Shown one piece after another: positions 58,703 to 64,000 of a stretch of DNA of 64,000 nt. The stretch covers positions 387,066,001-387,130,000 of the forward strand of contig OZ024740.1 of NCBI GenBank assembly GCA_964016885.1. The letters run 5' to 3'. Under the pieces are notes generated by a model. That model searched no databases and was not told where the DNA came from. It saw only the letters and a program-made list of their open reading frames with translations. Source of the stretch: Eledone cirrhosa. Lineage: Eukaryota. How positions within the stretch are numbered: position 1 is the first letter of the stretch; the number at the start of each line of letters is the position of its first letter. Both the position numbers and the translations under genes were made by a program.

Positions 58703-59029
58703 GCATTGATTTCCGACGAATGGGTGGAAGTGCAATATCAACATGTAAATGTACAATATTTGTTTTAGAGAATATTTATGAGTGATCAAAAGTATACAAA
58801 AAGGAAAATATAAAAAAAAATTAAAATAACAAACAGGAAGAGATAAAAGGGAAGGGGGGTTAAATAACAAGAAAGGGTGGGGGGGACTTGATACTCTTGG
58901 CTGGGAGTACTGGTTGGCACAGAATACTAGTAATATTAATAGATGAAATTGGTTGGCAAAACTGACTGAACGAACAAGGTTCCCTTAAAGAGAAATATTC
59001 TGTCCTATAAGATTTTATGAAAGGTTAAT

Positions 59030-59367
59030 AATAATAATTGTTTCTACTTTTGGCACCAGGCCAGCAATTATCCCAGTGCATTACTGGTACTTTATTTTAT
59101 CGACCCCGTAAGGATGAAAGGCAAAGTTAACCTCGGCGGGATTTGAACTCAGATCATAAAGGGGGGTAACTCTATGCTTCAAAGCATGGCGCCTGACCCT
59201 CTACCGATACTGCCAATCCACTTCTGATTTAGGTACAAGGCTAACAATTATTTTGGAGAAAGAAGTCGATTAAATCGACCCCAGTGCATTACAGGTTCTT
59301 TATTTTATCGACCCCCCCCCCCCGTAAGGATGAAAGGCAAAGCTAACCGCGACGGAATTTGAACTCA
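59030..59367 (-). mobile_element. Two adjacent family A SINE copies
   Basis: AAGGATGAAAGGCAAAG core occurs twice. Confidence 0.85.
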
Positions 59368-59574
59368 ATAATAACAATGATTTTTTTATTTCCCACAAGG
59401 GCTTGCACATAAAAATACAGCAAACATTATAAACATAGGGATTGCAAAATACTTCATGAACATTTCATCAATTAAGGTACACATATCCTCGGGATAGAAG
59501 TACCTTAAGTCTTCACATATTTTTTGTTATTGTTGGCAGGCCAACTCCATCACTCAGTTGAACACCACTTAGAT

Positions 59575-59738
59575 GCCTTTAGTCGGTTCTAATAGCCTTT
59601 ATGTCGGTTCTAATAGCCTTTATGTCGGTTCTAATAGCCTTTAGTCGGTTCTAATAGCCTTTATGTCGGTTCTAATAGCCTTTATGTCGGTTCTAATAGC
59701 CTTTAGTCGGTTCTAATAGCCTTTATGTCGGTTCTAAT
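59575..59738. repeat. Minisatellite, 20/21-bp unit GCCTTTA(T)GTCGGTTCTAATA, 8 copies
   Basis: Units alternate 20-21-21, giving a 62-bp higher-order period. Confidence 0.95.
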
Positions 59739-60177
59739 TTAGTTGATAATTTGATATGAAATTCAACAGATATGAAATTCAAAGTGAAAAAAAAATTCAA
59801 GTAGCAAATACTCCAAATGACAAATAATAGCCTGTAACCTTGAGAGGATTGTAGTCCAATCTTGAAACCTCTGCTGTTGTTGTTTTTTTAAATTAATTTG
59901 GCTAAATAAAGCCAAGCTACAACTTCTTAAGAGTAATAAATTTTTCACTAGGCCATAAAGAAGTTGTGTTTTTTTTAATCAAGTTTATGGACATATACAA
60001 ATAAAGTAAGCAGCTTGAGGATTTTTGTTTTCATGAAAATGTTCTCTGGAATGCTAATTATTTAGAATTAATTGCTGACTTATCTAAAACTATGCATTTA
60101 TGATATTTTGAATATAGGTGTTAGCTTGACTCTCCAACCTGAAGTTATATTTTCCAGTTTGCCCAGCTACTAGATTA

Positions 60178-60335
60178 GGCGGTCAAGTGCTGGGTCGTTA
60201 GAACGTTGGATAGGCTGCTTTGATGTATTTGTTTCGGCCATCTCCACTCTGAGTTCAAGACCCACCGAGGTTAACTTTGCTTTTCATCCTTTCAAGGTCA
60301 ATAAAAAAAAAGTACCAGTCCGGTACTAGGGTACA
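60178..60335 (+). mobile_element. Older family A SINE
   Basis: GAGTTCAAGACCC..AACTTTGCTTTTCATCCTTTC..AAGTACCAG. Confidence 0.75.
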
Positions 60336-60591
60336 TCCATCCGCTATATCATCTCTCTCTCTGGAAGAAATAGGATGTGTTCAAGCCTAAAGAGGGAATG
60401 GATTCCGCCAGGTTTAAAACATGCCTAAGACATGCTGTATGTCATTACGCTGCTCCAACGACACCACCAGGAGGGCGGAAGGTGGTGTGTGTGTATGTAT
60501 GTAGGTGTACGTGTGTGTGTGTATGTGAGGATGTGAGTGTGAGAGTTTGGGGAAATATATATATATATATGTGTACAACAAGAGGCTAGAT

Positions 60592-60717
60592 CAGGCAAAG
60601 GCAACCTTTTTTGAGCAATGGGCCGCATATGATGTGGCTCATCCTCTACTAAAGGCAATTTTGAAATTAAGCGTGACATTCAGAAAGCCAAACTGGCCGC
60701 AGTTTGCCCATGATTGG
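60592..60717. mobile_element. hAT/Charlie-like MITE relic
   Basis: CAGGCAAAGGCAACCT ... AGTTTGCCCATGATTG with GGCCGCA motifs; TAGAT on both flanks. Confidence 0.5.
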
Positions 60718-61241
60718 ATTAGATCTTCCTGGTCATAGAATAGCCCGGTCACACATTAACAAATTAAAATTTCTTTCGGTATTATGTAAAAGTGGGACAT
60801 TATTTTGTCTAAGAATTACAATCGTATTATGTCTCCATTTTGTGATACTTTTTTCTTCGTCATGGGATAAGACTGAGTGCCTATTACCTTCACAGCACCC
60901 CACCCCCCACCCCCCACCACTGACCACCAGGATAACTGAGATTGATATAGTTTATGCTCAGCTTTTTTATCTGAAAATCGACGTTCATAGGGAGAAAAAC
61001 ATGGATAGGGAGGGGGCTTCCGTAGGCTTAGCACTAAGAGAGAAGTGGGGGTACGAAAAGTAGAAAGAAGGCTGTGTTAGATGAACCTAGGAAGAGGTAG
61101 TAAGCAATTAGCTTGTACAGTAGAACAGACGCCATTTTAGTAGCGATAGAATAGACAGAGAGAGAGGGGGGAGACAGATAGATAAAGAGAGATAGATAAA
61201 GATAGAATGTGTGTGTGTGTGTGTGTGAAAGAGAGAAAGAG

Positions 61242-61285
<44 letters not shown>

Positions 61286-61688
61286 ATATGTTGTAATGTG
61301 CTAGTGTAGGCTAGAATGTTTGCGTGTGTAGCAACACGAGAGCTCCAGATGTGGGAGCAGTTCTATTTTGGGTCTTATGGAAAGTCAATAGCTGCAGCAT
61401 TTTTTCTTTTTTTTTTTTATCCTGAAGAGAAAAGATGGTCTTTAGGATGTAGTTGTACATATTATACTTGTACGATCATCAGGAAAAATTATCTGAGATG
61501 TTGGCGCTTAACGTTTGTAGTGACTTTGTGGCTCTAAAATTTCTTATTATCTAAGATGGTTTCCTTGATATGAGCGGCAGTTGTGTCATTGTTAAAGAGA
61601 CTAGATTTTAATCTTCATAATGGATGTTATTTTTAGGTCCCTATTGCTGTAGCAGAGCAGATTTAATGGGTGTTGCTTATACTGCATA

Positions 61689-61817
61689 GGCGGTGAATTG
61701 GTAGTGTCGGTCGTTAGAACGCCAGATAGAATGCTTTGTGGTATTGCTCGGAGTTCAAATATTGCCGGGATCAACTTTGCCTTTCACCCATTCGAGGTCA
61801 ATAAAAAAAAGTACCAC
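61689..61817 (+). mobile_element. Degraded family A SINE
   Basis: GGCGGTGAATTGG..GAGTTCAAAT..AACTTTGCCTTTCA. Confidence 0.7.
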
Positions 61818-61848
61818 TCTTTCTCTCACTCTTCAGTTGACTCATTCT

Positions 61849-62044
61849 AGATCTGTCAACTCTCCCTGTCCGACGGGGAGATCTCCCATCCACTTTGTGG
61901 TGTGTGAGAGATGTCTTCTCTTGTGAAAATGGGTACAGCTTTCATGATGTAAAATCTCCCCATTTTGCCTCATTCCTCCCCGTTTTGGGGCATTTTTTTT
62001 TCATGGTAATCCTCGTTTTGGTTTTTAGAAAATGGCAGGTTTGT
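61849..62044 (-). mobile_element. hAT-like MITE (same family as 54387-54549)
   Basis: Reverse-complement similarity, e.g. AAAATCTCCCC..TTT..CCTCATT..TCCCC. Confidence 0.55.
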
Positions 62045-62895
62045 CATTCAAAATCAAGAACTATTACTAATACCTTCAATTTATTTTTTTAGTGAACATG
62101 GAGTTAAAATATTTTTTAAGTGCTGTGTATTTTGTTCTACTATTGTTAATGAAGAAATTCCTTTATTAATAGGTTTTTCTACATAATTGATGCTACGAAG
62201 ACTTACATGATAAGCTAGAAATGCTGCTAACTGTAATTCTAATTTTGTCATCTCGCTACTGGAAGAAAAAAAATGTTTTGATAGTTTACTGTGAATTCTG
62301 GTTTATTACTACAGTTTTTTTTTATGCTTAACTGAAGAAACATGTTTTATGAGATTATATTTAAACCTTGTACAATATACATAAAGCTTTATTGTCATCA
62401 TATTTTACTTCTCTTTCAAAGCTTGAAAACAACCACCTCCTCGAGTTAACTAAAACACGAATAATTTCTCACAGCTGAAGCCATATTCGTTCTAAAACAA
62501 TAGAAGAAACAAATTTCACCTCGAAAACGAGACGGGCATAATATTCACCTCCAAATACGAAAACTTCCAGGGTGCCCTCTCCAACCAAGTTAACTAAAAA
62601 AAACTAAAAAAAAACGAATAATGTCCGATGGTTTTGAAACATCAATATTAGTTTTACCTCCAAAGCGATAGGAGTATAATTGTAAAGAAGTCTGTGAATG
62701 TCACATATAATATATATATCAAATCAAAAGGTTGATTTAAAAACTCACAATAATCCCCTATGATTCAAGGAAGAGAAACCGAGCTCTTTATAAATCATTG
62801 TAATGAGAGAAAGACACATAATAGATTATGTCAGATAATAGGGAATATCCCCTATTATCAGACATAATTTATTGTCTTTCTCTCATTACTATGAT

Positions 62896-62989
<94 letters not shown>

Positions 62990-63069
62990 CATATATATAT
63001 ATATAACCTCGTGTGTGTGAAAATCTCAGACTTCTGAAATGATCACCCTCTCCTCCCCCGCCGTCGTGC

Positions 63070-63113
<44 letters not shown>

Positions 63114-63483
63114 AAGGTTTAGCAAATAATGAAAAAGTTTCAAAATAAATTTTAAAAAATTGACTTTACCTACTATAGTTACCTTTACCAATCGGTTTCG
63201 AATCCCAAAAATAAAACGGAGACCATACGGCCTTCGTTGCAAAGAAAGATTCTCGTCAGAAGGTTCTTTTCATTCAAAGAATATAAAATTCCTGAATTTA
63301 AATCACAAACTAGCGCTATCAAAACTGTTCCTGGGATGAGAGTGGATGATGTAGAAACAGGTTTATCAAGGGCCGTAGCAAAGATAGAGGCAAAAGGAGG
63401 TAGGTCAAACTAGCCACATCTATTGCTAGCAGCAGTCAGGACGACCAAATTTGTTCTCAACATTAGTGGAGGTAGTAGTAATA

Positions 63484-63564
<81 letters not shown>

Positions 63565-63567
<3 letters not shown>

Positions 63568-63788
63568 AAGTATGTATGTATACGTACATACATATATGTA
63601 TACAGACGTACAGTAGCATGCATATATATATATATATATATATACATACAGGTACACATACATATATGAACCGCTAAACTGATGCGTGCATATATGTATG
63701 TGTACCTGTATATATATATATATATATATATGCATGCTACTATACGTCTGTATACATATATGTATGTACGTATACATACATACTTACA
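63565..63788. repeat. Fold-back element (arms of about 100 bp, 20-bp spacer) between (TA)n tracts
   Basis: TGTAAGTATG...CAGACGTACAGTAGCATGC...CAGGTACAC is mirrored by GTGTACCTG...GCATGCTACTATACGTCTG...CATACTTACA. Confidence 0.88.
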
Positions 63789-63846
63789 TTTAAGTAAGTG
63801 CCATACTAAGAGTGAGAAATGAAATTTCGTTTTCATTTTATTTCAA

Positions 63847-64000
<154 letters not shown>

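Overview
Eukaryotic, repeat-dominated window with no recognisable host protein-coding gene. The SINE families, the mollusc-type RTE elements and the very long (TA)n tracts point to an octopod or coleoid cephalopod genome (inference). The first 15 kb is a giant interrupted (TA)n field, with a 200-N gap, holding three non-LTR retrotransposons. These are an intact APE+RT ORF2 (1260-4259, -), a frameshifted relative (8787-10881, -), and a 5'-truncated RTE with three C-terminal C2H2 zinc fingers (11833-14114, +). A 14.8-kb 31-bp satellite occupies 19633-34444. The rest holds SINEs, MITEs, LINE relics, a head-to-tail non-autonomous Helitron pair, minisatellites and several long fold-back elements carrying Penelope-type hammerhead ribozyme cores. 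Most interesting: (1) an apparent (TA)n-associated RTE system, pairing the zinc-finger RTE with a 0.6-kb non-autonomous partner that has the same 3' hairpin tail; (2) hammerhead-bearing fold-backs; (3) A>G polarity of microsatellite interruptions that tracks retroelement orientation. The long I/Y-rich and SYHSYCL ORFs in the ORF track are repeat artefacts.
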